A stretch of DNA of 64,000 bases, taken from NCBI GenBank assembly GCA_963801605.1, contig CAWDFP010000006.1, positions 1,440,001-1,504,000 of the forward strand. The letters run 5' to 3'. Each line of letters starts with the position of its first letter. Position 1 is the stretch's first letter. The position numbers and the translations under genes are program-made. This document shows positions 1-9,939 of the stretch, in pieces. Source of the stretch: an uncultured candidate division Zixibacteria bacterium (GTDB lineage Bacteria > Zixibacteria > MSB-5A5 > UBA10806). A model generated the notes under the pieces. It saw only the letters and a program-made list of their open reading frames with translations. It had not been told where the DNA came from and did not search any database.

Positions 1-30
1 GAAGCGGTCTACTTCAAGATAGGAGTATTA

Positions 31-270
31 ATGAATACAACGACGGTAATCGGCATTATTCTAATCGCGCTTGGCGTGGTGGGACTTATATATGGAGGCA
101 TTACCTATACTTCCAGCAAAGATATTATCGATATGGGATCGATGCATCTCAAAGTCGATCAGAAAAAAGAGATTCCGCTGTCACCAATCGGCGGAGCGGT
201 GGCCGTGGCGATCGGAGTCGTGCTAATTCTTGTGGGGCGGCGGCGAACCTCAAACGGCAATGCAATATGA
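31..270 (+). CDS. Small two-helix membrane protein (DUF3185-like)
   Basis: AGGAG RBS upstream; 79 aa with two hydrophobic helices (IGIILIALGVVGLIYGG; PIGGAVAVAIGVVLILV) around a short polar loop and a basic C-terminus. Confidence 0.75.
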   Translation: MNTTTVIGIILIALGVVGLIYGGITYTSSKDIIDMGSMHLKVDQKKEIPLSPIGGAVAVAIGVVLILVGRRRTSNGNAI

Positions 271-301
271 GTGAGGTAAATTTGAAAGAGAGGAGTTAAA
301 C

Positions 302-1516
302 CTGAAGCTGGTAAAACTCATTGCTCCTGCTCTGATATCGCTCTGTTTTGTCTGCGCATTTAGCGCGCGAGCGGAGCAAAGGTCTACTGTGCTAATTCGA
401 TTACCACTTGAGGATATAAGCGTTAACGTCTCCATCGACAATACGGTGTACTATCCTGGTGATACCGTGCATGTGTCGATAGCCTGGGATAGCACCGAAG
501 CAAAGGTTGACGTGATCCCAATATTGATTATCGAGGGAACCACGCTTGATTCTGTCGGGCACAATGAATACATCGCTGTTATTCCCCGAATAGCTACTCC
601 TGGCTCTTATCCTATTCATCTTAATGTTCTGGATTCTCGGGGGCGGCGTCTTGCTTATGAGACGGATTGTGTTGTATTGGTTGAAGAACATCAGGAAATC
701 GAGCGGATCGCCAATTATGTTCAGTTGGGTCCCGAAGATGGCAGTATAGATCCGCTTCAAGCAGTTACCCTCAATCGCGATCAAATACGGAAACTATATG
801 TGGACTTCAAGCAAGAAAGAATCCAGGATGGTATGGGACCGCAATACCTCACAATAAAAACGTCGGTGCTTTCACGAAAAGGAACGGTAACGGCAACATC
901 CGAACGACGCATGATGACTTTTCGGAATAGCGGCGATCCAACTCGGGATATGGAAAAGTTTTTGCGGTACCGCATGGCCTACGGTGCGTACGCGGTAATC
1001 CATCCTGAAGAAATTGGGCGGGTGCGATTGTTTCTGGATTCCCTGCCTTCCTGGGCCATCATCAAGGTCAGTATCGAATCTGATTATGCTATCAATATCG
1101 GTGCAGTGGATCAGTCCAATTCCGTCACCAGTTACTATCGCGTGAAAGGTCCATCAATCGAAATGGGGTTTACGCTTGGCGTTCCCAAGGTTTTGTACGA
1201 TACTCAGGCCAAAGATAGTATGGACTACGGCAAAACCAGTGCGATGCTTCGATTTTATTATGTCAGCAGTAAATCGGGAAATCGGTTTCCTGTCAGCTTT
1301 GGTATTGGCACCTTCGGAGTAAACACGCCGATAGATGTGGGTAAAGGCCGAGGCGGTTTTGCTGCATCATTTTTTCTGGATGTTATCGAGCTTGCCCGAT
1401 GGTTCAATTGGAATGTCGGCGGAAAAGCCAGCGCGGGTTTGGAATTGACACCCTTTTTGCCTATCCAAAAGAGATCGCGCATCTTGTTTGATGCCCATGT
1501 GGGCCTGGCGCTCTAA
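302..1516 (+). CDS. Secreted hypothetical protein; N-terminal Ig-like segment and a beta-strand-rich C-terminus; probable CTG start
   Basis: ORF track starts at 389, but the frame is open from 275. CTG at 302 lies 6 nt after GAGGAG (290-295) and adds a signal peptide (KLVKLIAPALISLCFVCAFSARA). Confidence 0.65.
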   Translation: MKLVKLIAPALISLCFVCAFSARAEQRSTVLIRLPLEDISVNVSIDNTVYYPGDTVHVSIAWDSTEAKVDVIPILIIEGTTLDSVGHNEYIAVIPRIATPGSYPIHLNVLDSRGRRLAYETDCVVLVEEHQEIERIANYVQLGPEDGSIDPLQAVTLNRDQIRKLYVDFKQERIQDGMGPQYLTIKTSVLSRKGTVTATSERRMMTFRNSGDPTRDMEKFLRYRMAYGAYAVIHPEEIGRVRLFLDSLPSWAIIKVSIESDYAINIGAVDQSNSVTSYYRVKGPSIEMGFTLGVPKVLYDTQAKDSMDYGKTSAMLRFYYVSSKSGNRFPVSFGIGTFGVNTPIDVGKGRGGFAASFFLDVIELARWFNWNVGGKASAGLELTPFLPIQKRSRILFDAHVGLAL

Positions 1517-1576
1517 ACAAAAATTATGCAGGAATTAATCGAGATTCAGGTATTTTTAAATTAACAGGAGAGAATA

Positions 1577-2134
1577 ATGCCGACAACTTATATTGAACTG
1601 TGTGAGGCGTTTTCGCAGGCCCGCCAAAGCTATCTTGATTACAGAGGAGAATCCTATGAACTTGCTGACAGGATATATAAAGAAATGATCTCCTATTTAG
1701 GCTGCTCTGAAAATGATCTGAAATTGGTACCCGATAAGGAAGGTTATGATGATACCTTAACATATACTCCCGCCGGAGCGTCGTGCCTGGGCAATGATTC
1801 ATACTGGCATATCGGCTTTATTCTCCAATTGAAGGCAACCGACTGCGAAGGTCCGTTCGAGAGCATACGATTCGCCATATTGTTTAAGAAAACACCGGAT
1901 GGGTATTCGACAAAAATAGCAACTAAGGCAACTGAGTTTAATATCATCCCCAACGATCCTTCAACATTTAATCTATTATTTGACGATTTATTCAGCCATA
2001 TTAAGGAATCGTATGAGGTTGGTTTTAAGGATTTTCTTAGTACGGGCAAATCATCTCATAATATAGGTTTCGATATTGGCAAACTACGCGATAAAAATGA
2101 AATGCAGATTGCTGCGGTGACCCCTCCCAAATAA
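1577..2134 (+). CDS. Hypothetical protein
   Basis: 185-aa ORF with AGGAG RBS; no recognisable motif. Confidence 0.7.
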   Translation: MPTTYIELCEAFSQARQSYLDYRGESYELADRIYKEMISYLGCSENDLKLVPDKEGYDDTLTYTPAGASCLGNDSYWHIGFILQLKATDCEGPFESIRFAILFKKTPDGYSTKIATKATEFNIIPNDPSTFNLLFDDLFSHIKESYEVGFKDFLSTGKSSHNIGFDIGKLRDKNEMQIAAVTPPK

Positions 2135-2767
2135 TGGCGGACAATTCTTTAGCTTCCGACTATTTCAAACAACCGCGGCTCTGCAACCCCGTATTTTCTG
2201 TGGGGGCGCGCTTGTTCCGATCTTCCCGGGCGCACGCGATAATTCAAATAGTCATAAGTTGAGCGCTAAAAGTCACGATTGACAATCCCAGCTGAAATTT
2301 AAGACAAATTACGAATATTTATAACGGCGTTTTGATTATCAGCATTTCATGACGTCTACGATACTGTTATAGGCGATTTGGAAAATGCGATGACCGGCGG
2401 TATTAAAAACGCCATGGACCATGAAAGCCCGATTATTTCCTCGTTCTAAATAGTTAGCTATCTTTTCAACCCTTTGGGCGATTGCTCTACTCCTGCATAA
2501 CCACTAAATTCCTTTCATACAAAGAATTTTCTATAGGACGTGTCTGTCGATAGCACAGATCAAGTCTGATCGAAAAACACACAGAATGCTATCGCAGAAA
2601 ACTCTCATTCACGCACCAGGAAAAGGCGGTATGTGAGCGTGCGAGCGAAACCCTGAGAAAAGAAGGTACCTGCCACAAGTCATCGGTAGGTTGTGCGGAA
2701 ATTTGAAAGGAATTTTATGAATATCGTCTCTAAGTTGATAGGAAAAAACCGTTATCCGGGAGTAAAT

Positions 2768-5700
2768 ATGAAAAGACCAATATTGACCGTAGATTCGTTT
2801 AGGAGACTGTTCTTGCATCTATTTTTATTGATTGTTCTGTGGTGGGGAATCCATGGGAATGTAAATGCCCAGCAGGTGACCCAACCGCAGGCAATAGCGA
2901 CTTCTTATGCATCGGATGGCGCGACTCTGGCTATCCCAATATGGAAGGGATATATGCTGGAATCCAATTCCAACAATGTCTGGCTGGTTTATTCTCAATC
3001 GGGGTCATCGCGGAGCAATATTATATTCACCACCGATGGAGGCAGTAACTGGAGCTCCAATGTCTTTCAGGCGGCTAATGACGGAAATCTGGATATGCAT
3101 AGCGCTCTGTTCGGTAAGAACGGCGATCTATTTTTCACCTGGCCCGGCGCCAGCAGCATTAATTTCAGGAAGATCGATTCGCCGGCTCATGACAACAGCA
3201 GCCGCGAGCCGATATATGCCATCCCCGGGACTTCCGGCGCTAACCGATCCAGCGTTATGACCCAGAGCTCGGGCAGAATTTGGGTTTTCACCCGTCTGGA
3301 TGGAACCTCTGCCCAGAATGTCAATTACCACTATTCCGATAATAACGGTCTGAGTTGGACTAACGGAGTGGCCTTTGCCACTAATTTTCCGATTGTCAGG
3401 ATCGGTTCCATACCTTATGTCAATGGTAATCCGGCCCTGGTGGTACTCTATTCAGGCGACAATCGGGGCTATGAATATTACATCTGGAATGGCACATCCT
3501 TTGAGGCTAAAGCCGATCATTCCATATATCCGGCCTGGATGGGGGATACCCGGGTATTTACCAACAATGTCGTCAACGACACCACCATGCACCTGATATT
3601 CGGACTGGGCAACAACCTCATCCACGTCTGGAAGAACTACAATAACGGCCAGGGAACCTGGAACAACGAAATAATTGATTCCTCTCCCACTACCCTCAAC
3701 AATGACTGGTTTACAACCTCGACTGTCAGAGGGGGAGAGCTTTTTCTTTTCTATACGAAAAAGTCCGCATCGAGCTTCACAACTTCTCAGGTCTATTACA
3801 AGAAATGGAATCAAGCTTCCCAGACCTGGACAGCTTCAGTGCTTGTGTCCGGCACAATTGCCTCCAACCGCGATCCCAACACCTGTTTTCAGACAAATCC
3901 AAGCTCTAATTATATCCCTGTTTTTTGGAATTCCGATCCTGGCAGCGCCAAGACAATTTATTTTGCTAAAATTTTGATGGGAACCGCACCAGTGGACACA
4001 ACGCCTCCATCTGTAACGGTATCCGTGCCCAATGGTGGCGAGACATTATCCGTTGGATCAAGTTATAATATCATTTGGACAGATAACGATAATGACGGCA
4101 TAGCCGCCCACAAGCTGGAATATTCCATCGACGGGGGTACAAACTGGCTTCTGATTCGGGATTGGACGACTGGTGATCCTCATACCTTTGCCTGGACTGT
4201 GCCCAACGCGCCTTCCATTCAGAGCAGGATCAGGGCTTCGGTCAGGGATAATACCGGCCTCACCAACTCCGATATTTCTAATAATAACTTCACCATCAGA
4301 AGCGGCCCAGTTCTGACAACTGCCGTAACATTGCCCAACGGCGGGGAGACATTAACCGTTGGAGCAAATTATAATATCATTTGGACTGATAGTAGTAGTA
4401 ACGGCATAACCGCCCACAAGCTGGAATATTCTATCGATGGGGGAACAAGCTGGATTCTGATTCGAGATTGGACCACCGGTGATCCTCATGCCTTTGCCTG
4501 GACCGTGCCCAACGCGCCTTCCATTCAGAGCAGGATCAGAGTTTCGGTCAGGGATAATACCGGCATCACCAACTCCGATATCTCTAACAATAACTTCACC
4601 ATCAGAACTAACTCGGTTCTAACAGCTACTGTAGCATTGCCCAATGGCGGCGAGACATTAACCGTTGGATCAAGTTATAATATTACCTGGACAGATAGTA
4701 GTAGTTACGGCATATCTGCCCACAAGCTGGAATATTCAATCGATGGGGGAACAAACTGGCTTCTGATTCGGGATTGGACGACTGGAGATCCTCATACCTT
4801 TGCCTGGACTGTGCCCAATGCGCCTTCCATTCTGAGCAGGATCAGAGTTTCAGTCAGAGATAATACCGGCCTCACCAACTCCGATATCTCTAATAATAAC
4901 TTCACCATCAGATCTCAAGATCGGCCTCCTGTTGTCGTGCCAATTCCGCCACAGGTTGTAATTGCCGGAGGTCATTTGTCCGTACCAATAACTGCTTCTG
5001 ATCCGGATGGCAATACCATTATCCTCAGTGCCCAACAGCTACCGCTTAATTCCACATTCATCGATTCGACCGGCGGGCGAGGCGCTTTTATATTTGATCC
5101 CAGTGTTTCCCAGGCCGGTTCATATCAGGTGAGAATAATTGCATCATCTAATGCACTGGCCGATACTGAATTCATCGGTATTACAGTGACACCAAACAAC
5201 CCCGGCCAGGAACAATTGACGTCCCCTGTAAATATCGCGACTACATCTCAAACTGATGGCTCTACCATTGCAATTCCACTCTGGAAGGGGTATATGTCTG
5301 AAACCGACCCCAACAGTTTCTGGCTGTCTTATTCAACTTTAGCTAATGCCAGCGGTAATATTAAGTTTACTACCGATGGCGGTAACAACTGGAATAGCAA
5401 TATATTTCAAGTTGGCTCGGACGGTTATTTGGATTGTAATGTTTCTCTGTTTGGTCAGAATAATAATCTATATATCACCTGGCCCGGCGCCAGCAGCATT
5501 AATTTCAGGAAGATCGATTCGCCGGCTCATGACAACAGCAGCCGCGAGGCGATATACACTATTCCCGGGACTTCCAGCACGCATCGATCCAGCATTATGA
5601 TCCAGAACAGCGGCAGAATATGGATCTTCACCCGTCAATCGGGAAACTCTGCCCAGAATGTCTATTACCACTATTCCGATAATAACGGTCTGAGCTGGAC

Positions 5701-6712
5701 TAACGGAGTGGCCTTTACCACTAATTATCCGGATGTCAGGATCGGTTCCATGCCTTATGTTAATGGCAATCCGGCCCTGGTGGTACTCTATTCAGGCGAC
5801 AATCGGGGCTATGAATATTACGTCTGGAACGGCACATCCTTTGAGGCTAAGGCCGATCATTCCATATATCCGGCCTGGATGGGGGATACCCGGGTATTTA
5901 CCAACAATGTCGTCAACGACACCACCTTGCACCTGATATTCGGACTGGGCAACAACCTCATCCATGTCTGGAAGAACTACAATAACGGCCGGGGAACCTG
6001 GAACAACGAGATAGTTGATTCCTCTCCCACTACCCTCAATAACGATTGGTTTACAACCTCGACTGTCATGGGCGATAACCTTTATCTGTTTTACACCAAG
6101 AAGTCATCATCGAGCTTCACAACTTCTCAAGTCTACTACAAGAGATGGTCCCAGTCGACACAGAGCTGGACCGCCCCAGTTTTAGTTTCAGCTCAGTTGG
6201 GCAGCAACCGCGATCCCAATACCTGCTTCCATGTCCCCCAAAACTCCAACTACATCCCTGTCTTCTGGAACTCAGGCTCCGGCTCATCCAGAAACATCTA
6301 CTTCGCTAAAATCGTCCTGTCCCCAGCAATCAATGATGTCCCACTGGTTATCGTTAATTCACCCATGGATTCGATTCAAACCAGCGTTGACGAAGCGAAT
6401 AACATGTTGGAATCGAACTCTACAGATCTTATTACAGGGGCTATCCCCACTCATTACTCACTGGCTCAGTCTTACCCCAACCCTTTTAATCTCTCAACGA
6501 CGATCAAATATGAACTTCCCAATTCCGAATTTGTAAATATATCCGTCTATGACTTGTTGGGAAGAAAAATGACAGAATTGGTCAATGAGGATCAGCAAGC
6601 TGGATACCACTCAGTAATTTGGAATGCAGCTCAAATGCCATCAGGAATGTACTTTTACCGGATTCAAGCGGGCCCTTTTACTGAGATAAAAAAGATGACA
6701 TTGCTAAAATAA
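2768..6712 (+). CDS. Large secreted protein: two BNR/Asp-box beta-propeller modules, three PNGGE Ig-like repeats, one cadherin/He_PIG-like Ig domain, C-terminal T9SS-typeA/FlgD-Ig-like domain
   Basis: Signal peptide; Asp boxes (TTDGGSNW, SDNNGLSW, SIDGGTNW); C-terminal LAQSYPNPFN...SGMYFYRI...KKMTLLK. Start could be 2717 or 2768. Confidence 0.85.
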   Translation: MKRPILTVDSFRRLFLHLFLLIVLWWGIHGNVNAQQVTQPQAIATSYASDGATLAIPIWKGYMLESNSNNVWLVYSQSGSSRSNIIFTTDGGSNWSSNVFQAANDGNLDMHSALFGKNGDLFFTWPGASSINFRKIDSPAHDNSSREPIYAIPGTSGANRSSVMTQSSGRIWVFTRLDGTSAQNVNYHYSDNNGLSWTNGVAFATNFPIVRIGSIPYVNGNPALVVLYSGDNRGYEYYIWNGTSFEAKADHSIYPAWMGDTRVFTNNVVNDTTMHLIFGLGNNLIHVWKNYNNGQGTWNNEIIDSSPTTLNNDWFTTSTVRGGELFLFYTKKSASSFTTSQVYYKKWNQASQTWTASVLVSGTIASNRDPNTCFQTNPSSNYIPVFWNSDPGSAKTIYFAKILMGTAPVDTTPPSVTVSVPNGGETLSVGSSYNIIWTDNDNDGIAAHKLEYSIDGGTNWLLIRDWTTGDPHTFAWTVPNAPSIQSRIRASVRDNTGLTNSDISNNNFTIRSGPVLTTAVTLPNGGETLTVGANYNIIWTDSSSNGITAHKLEYSIDGGTSWILIRDWTTGDPHAFAWTVPNAPSIQSRIRVSVRDNTGITNSDISNNNFTIRTNSVLTATVALPNGGETLTVGSSYNITWTDSSSYGISAHKLEYSIDGGTNWLLIRDWTTGDPHTFAWTVPNAPSILSRIRVSVRDNTGLTNSDISNNNFTIRSQDRPPVVVPIPPQVVIAGGHLSVPITASDPDGNTIILSAQQLPLNSTFIDSTGGRGAFIFDPSVSQAGSYQVRIIASSNALADTEFIGITVTPNNPGQEQLTSPVNIATTSQTDGSTIAIPLWKGYMSETDPNSFWLSYSTLANASGNIKFTTDGGNNWNSNIFQVGSDGYLDCNVSLFGQNNNLYITWPGASSINFRKIDSPAHDNSSREAIYTIPGTSSTHRSSIMIQNSGRIWIFTRQSGNSAQNVYYHYSDNNGLSWTNGVAFTTNYPDVRIGSMPYVNGNPALVVLYSGDNRGYEYYVWNGTSFEAKADHSIYPAWMGDTRVFTNNVVNDTTLHLIFGLGNNLIHVWKNYNNGRGTWNNEIVDSSPTTLNNDWFTTSTVMGDNLYLFYTKKSSSSFTTSQVYYKRWSQSTQSWTAPVLVSAQLGSNRDPNTCFHVPQNSNYIPVFWNSGSGSSRNIYFAKIVLSPAINDVPLVIVNSPMDSIQTSVDEANNMLESNSTDLITGAIPTHYSLAQSYPNPFNLSTTIKYELPNSEFVNISVYDLLGRKMTELVNEDQQAGYHSVIWNAAQMPSGMYFYRIQAGPFTEIKKMTLLK
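2893..6320 (+). repeat. Intragenic duplication of the ~360-aa propeller module (copy 1 ~2893-3978, copy 2 ~5233-6320, offset 2340 bp)
   Basis: Direct comparison: the segment from 3137 (acctggcccggcgccagcagcattaatttcagg...) recurs at 5477, and near-identity continues to ~3727/6067. Confidence 0.95.
4007..4911 (+). repeat. Three tandem 306-bp (102-aa) Ig-like PNGGE repeats
   Basis: (V/L)PNGGETL codons begin at 4025, 4331 and 4637, exactly 306 bp apart; DNA nearly identical between units. Confidence 0.95.
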
Positions 6713-6762
6713 ATGGCTGCCAAGCATTTGGATTTTGCCGGGCCTGTTAGAGTATCAACCGA

Positions 6763-6793
6763 AAAGGGTCGTCTTGCCAAGAGGCGACCCTTT
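6763..6793 (+). terminator. Intrinsic terminator
   Basis: AAAGGGTCGTCTT / GAGGCGACCCTTT inverted repeat 50 nt after the stop codon. Confidence 0.75.
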
Positions 6794-7162
6794 ATAATTG
6801 CAAAATCTGCTTTTTGATATGGCTTTTATTTTCAAACAATTTTCTAACACAACACGCCGTAATACGGAATAAACCGAGACAATACCGGAAAAGACGACAA
6901 GGCGTAAGTCTTTGCCCTTGTTGTTTAATGTTGCTCCCCTTTTAACTAAACACTAATTATCATAGGTTGAGCAAAACCGGCCAGGCGGAAATTTTCGCTT
7001 CCTATATAATCCCGATTAGTAAAATTTATCAAAAAGATACGCGGAGCAGACTTTAGCATGTTTGACGTCAGCAGAATCTGGACGGATGGAGGGGTTGAGT
7101 TAAGAGAAGATTTTTCTTACAAAGCGATGCAAATTTACTCTGACCAACTGGGGGAGAGGGTA

Positions 7163-7207
7163 TCGTTGCGAGCACTTCGTTTGCACTCTCGCAGCGGCTC
7201 TTTTTTT
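7163..7207 (+). terminator. Intrinsic terminator or attenuator upstream of lapA
   Basis: TCGTTGCGAG / CTCGCAGCGG stem followed by T7. Confidence 0.6.
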
Positions 7208-7394
7208 ATTCCCGATATTCAAATAACGAATCTTTATTGCCGACCATATTGTCATTTAATCGGGTACGCGGATGAACAAGATAAAACCTGAATGCTTGGC
7301 ATATCAACCTTCGTTAATCTCATATTCCGCCGCTTTCCTGTTGACTGAAACCTCTTTATTATATATGATGACCTCAGATGAATCGGGAGGATTT

Positions 7395-7727
7395 ATGTGG
7401 ATAATAAAATCTGCTTTAGGCGTGATCGTTTTTTTGGCTTTCCTCGGGTTTTCTTTCCAGAACTCATACCAGGTCACAACCGTAAATCTCGCGGGTAAGC
7501 AGTATGCATCGGCGCCGCTCATTATTGTTCTATACATTGCTTTCTCTGCCGGTGTTATTTTTTGGTTCATCGTTTCGATTTTTCAATATTTTAAATACAC
7601 CGGCCAAATCTCCGATCTCAAACGTAAAAATAAGCAGCTCCTGGAGGAGATTAAGGCTTTGAGAAACCTGCCGTTAGAGGAGATTGCGCCACAGGACCTG
7701 GCGCCCGACATTGGAATCGATGATTGA
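7395..7727 (+). CDS. lapA: LapA-family lipopolysaccharide assembly membrane protein
   Basis: GGAGG RBS before ATG 7395; two TM helices with FSFQN...V.VNL motif and C-terminal coiled coil; directly upstream of a lapB-like gene. Confidence 0.75.
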   Translation: MWIIKSALGVIVFLAFLGFSFQNSYQVTTVNLAGKQYASAPLIIVLYIAFSAGVIFWFIVSIFQYFKYTGQISDLKRKNKQLLEEIKALRNLPLEEIAPQDLAPDIGIDD

Positions 7728-8865
7728 CATAACAGCGTACTGGTGGCTATTAATTCCCATAGCCATCGTTATCGTTTTAACGGTTTTTGCCCTTTCCAAA
7801 CGACGTTTGGGACCGCGCGAAACCGCTATGGAGGCTTATGTCGAGGGTCTCAGGTATTTTGCCTCCGGTGATGAGCATAATGCCTTTATCAAATTTCGGC
7901 AATCGGTTGATCAGGATACCGGTAATATCGATGCCTACCTCAAAATGGGCGATATCTTCCGCAACCGCGGCTTGACCGATAAAGCCCTGCAAATTCATCG
8001 TGAACTAACCTTGCGTCGCAATGTCCCCTCCGAGATATTTGTCGAAATTGAAAAAAGCCTGTCGCAGGATTATATCAAAGCCGGTATGAAAGAAAAGGCT
8101 TACGAAATCCTGGAGCGCATGGCCAAGGATGGCGGCTCCAAAGTCTGGGCGGCTGAACGTCTTCTCGATCTCTACGCTAAGGATCGCAAGTGGAAAGAGG
8201 CCTGTGAGCTTTATCAGGACGTTTTTAAGAAAAACTCGCGAACCAATGGAGCCATGCTGGCCGGGTTCAAGCTCATGATGGGCCTCGAACAGTTTCAATC
8301 TGAGGAATATCATAAGGCTCGCCTGCTTTACAAAGAGGCTTCGTCGCTTAATAAGTCAAACCCTCTGCCGTACCTTTACATCGCTGAAAGCTATCTTGCC
8401 GAAAAGAGGGTGGAGGATGGCTTGGATTTCCTCAAGCGGCTTTGCTCCGAGGCTCCTCAGCACGCTTATCTCGCGTTTCCGCTGATAGAAGAAACACTTT
8501 TTCAGCTGGGCCGTTATGGCGATGTGGAAGTTATTTATCGTAATTTACTTAATCAGGATCCTTCTAATATTCCAGCCAAAGTTGCTCTTTCCGGAATACT
8601 TGAGAAGAAAGGCGAATTATCTGCCGCGGAAAATCTGCTCAAATCGGTTCTCGAAATCGATCCATCCAACTATCTGGCTACGCTTCGTCTCATGAGCATT
8701 ATGTCCGCCCGCCGCCGTTACGATGATGTCCTCAATACTCTCTCCGGCCTGGCTGATAAAATCGATAGTAAAAATCAGGAATTTAAATGCCGCAAGTGTG
8801 GCAAAACGCTTTCCCGGATTCTGCCGATTTGCCCGCATTGCGCCTCGATAGGGACTTTCATTTGA
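7720..8865 (+). CDS. lapB: LapB-like TPR protein with N-terminal TM anchor and C-terminal rubredoxin-like Zn finger
   Basis: TM anchor, TPR repeats, FRNRG..DKALQIH motif, CRKCG...CPHC at the C-terminus. Confidence 0.8.
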   Translation: MIDITAYWWLLIPIAIVIVLTVFALSKRRLGPRETAMEAYVEGLRYFASGDEHNAFIKFRQSVDQDTGNIDAYLKMGDIFRNRGLTDKALQIHRELTLRRNVPSEIFVEIEKSLSQDYIKAGMKEKAYEILERMAKDGGSKVWAAERLLDLYAKDRKWKEACELYQDVFKKNSRTNGAMLAGFKLMMGLEQFQSEEYHKARLLYKEASSLNKSNPLPYLYIAESYLAEKRVEDGLDFLKRLCSEAPQHAYLAFPLIEETLFQLGRYGDVEVIYRNLLNQDPSNIPAKVALSGILEKKGELSAAENLLKSVLEIDPSNYLATLRLMSIMSARRRYDDVLNTLSGLADKIDSKNQEFKCRKCGKTLSRILPICPHCASIGTFI

Positions 8866-9833
8866 TACGTAATCTTTTATTTTGGTTTTTATTGCCGGGA
8901 ATAGTCCTGGCTGCCGATCAGCAAATTCAATCGCTGATCAATAAAGGCGACTATGAATCAGCCTTTGATCTTCTCCAGGAATCGGCAGATACTTCTGCAG
9001 GAAACGAGGAGACGCTTTATCTTCTTGGCGTAACCGCGCCATCGGGAAAAAGCTCCTCGTCATATTTAAAAGAATATATGCAGAAATTCCCTCAGGGAGC
9101 CCATATAGATACCGTCCGGCGGCAGCTTGCCGACTATTACGCCGCCCAGGGTCTCAATATCACCGCCAGCCGCATGTATCCGGATACCTTAAATAACGCC
9201 GTGAGTTTTAACGAACAATATCAGGTCGGGTTATACCGTCAACAGGCCGGTGAGTATAAATCCGCTATCGATATCTATACCCAAATCCTGACCGGGGCCT
9301 CTGATGGCCTTACCGATTGGGCTCGCCTCGGAATTGCCGACTGTAACCTCCTCTTGGGACGATTCGAATTGGCTATCGATGGCTATAAAGAAATTATCGG
9401 AAGCTCCTCGATTACGGCTCCTTTTGCTCTGTTGGGTATATCCGAGGCTTTTCAGCGCCAGGGAAAACTCGATCGAGCCGAAAGTTATTATCGTACCTAT
9501 AAACAGAATTATCCTGATGCCCCCGGTTCACTGGAACTCGAGACGGCCCTTGCCGAGCAAAAACCGACCGAAAACGAGGCTAAGGTTGCCCAGGCCATTA
9601 AAGCCGGATACTTCATTCAGGTTGGTGTATTTTCTAAAAAAGATAACGCCAAAACCTGTCTTCGAAAATTCAAAACTATGAAATTCCAGGCCAGGATTGA
9701 AAACTTCGACGAGGATGGTCAGCGCTATTATAGAGTTATTTTGGGGCCTTATGTTGACGAGATATCCGCTCGCAAAACCAAAGCCGAATTGGAAAAATCG
9801 CAGGGCGAGGAATTTCTAATCTTTGTTGAATAG
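8862..9833 (+). CDS. Secreted TPR + SPOR-domain protein
   Basis: TTG start overlapping the lapB stop; signal peptide, TPR-like helices, C-terminal YFIQVGVFS...YRVILGPY SPOR domain. Confidence 0.8.
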   Translation: MIRNLLFWFLLPGIVLAADQQIQSLINKGDYESAFDLLQESADTSAGNEETLYLLGVTAPSGKSSSSYLKEYMQKFPQGAHIDTVRRQLADYYAAQGLNITASRMYPDTLNNAVSFNEQYQVGLYRQQAGEYKSAIDIYTQILTGASDGLTDWARLGIADCNLLLGRFELAIDGYKEIIGSSSITAPFALLGISEAFQRQGKLDRAESYYRTYKQNYPDAPGSLELETALAEQKPTENEAKVAQAIKAGYFIQVGVFSKKDNAKTCLRKFKTMKFQARIENFDEDGQRYYRVILGPYVDEISARKTKAELEKSQGEEFLIFVE

Positions 9834-9939
9834 CGGGGGCGTTTCTTCAGACCGCTAATACTTTAGTTAAGTTTTCGGCAATATTGACATACGCAGCCCA
9901 ATGGCCGCCCCAAAATTGATTATAATATTTGATTAAATT

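Noticed and set aside
2598..2700. Possible c-di-GMP riboswitch upstream of the large secreted protein
   Set aside because: Some pairing exists, but the GEMM core (GGCAAAC...GAAA...GACGCAAAGC) is not present.
7058..7291. 77-aa ORF
   Set aside because: It runs through a terminator and T-tract and has no recognisable protein features.
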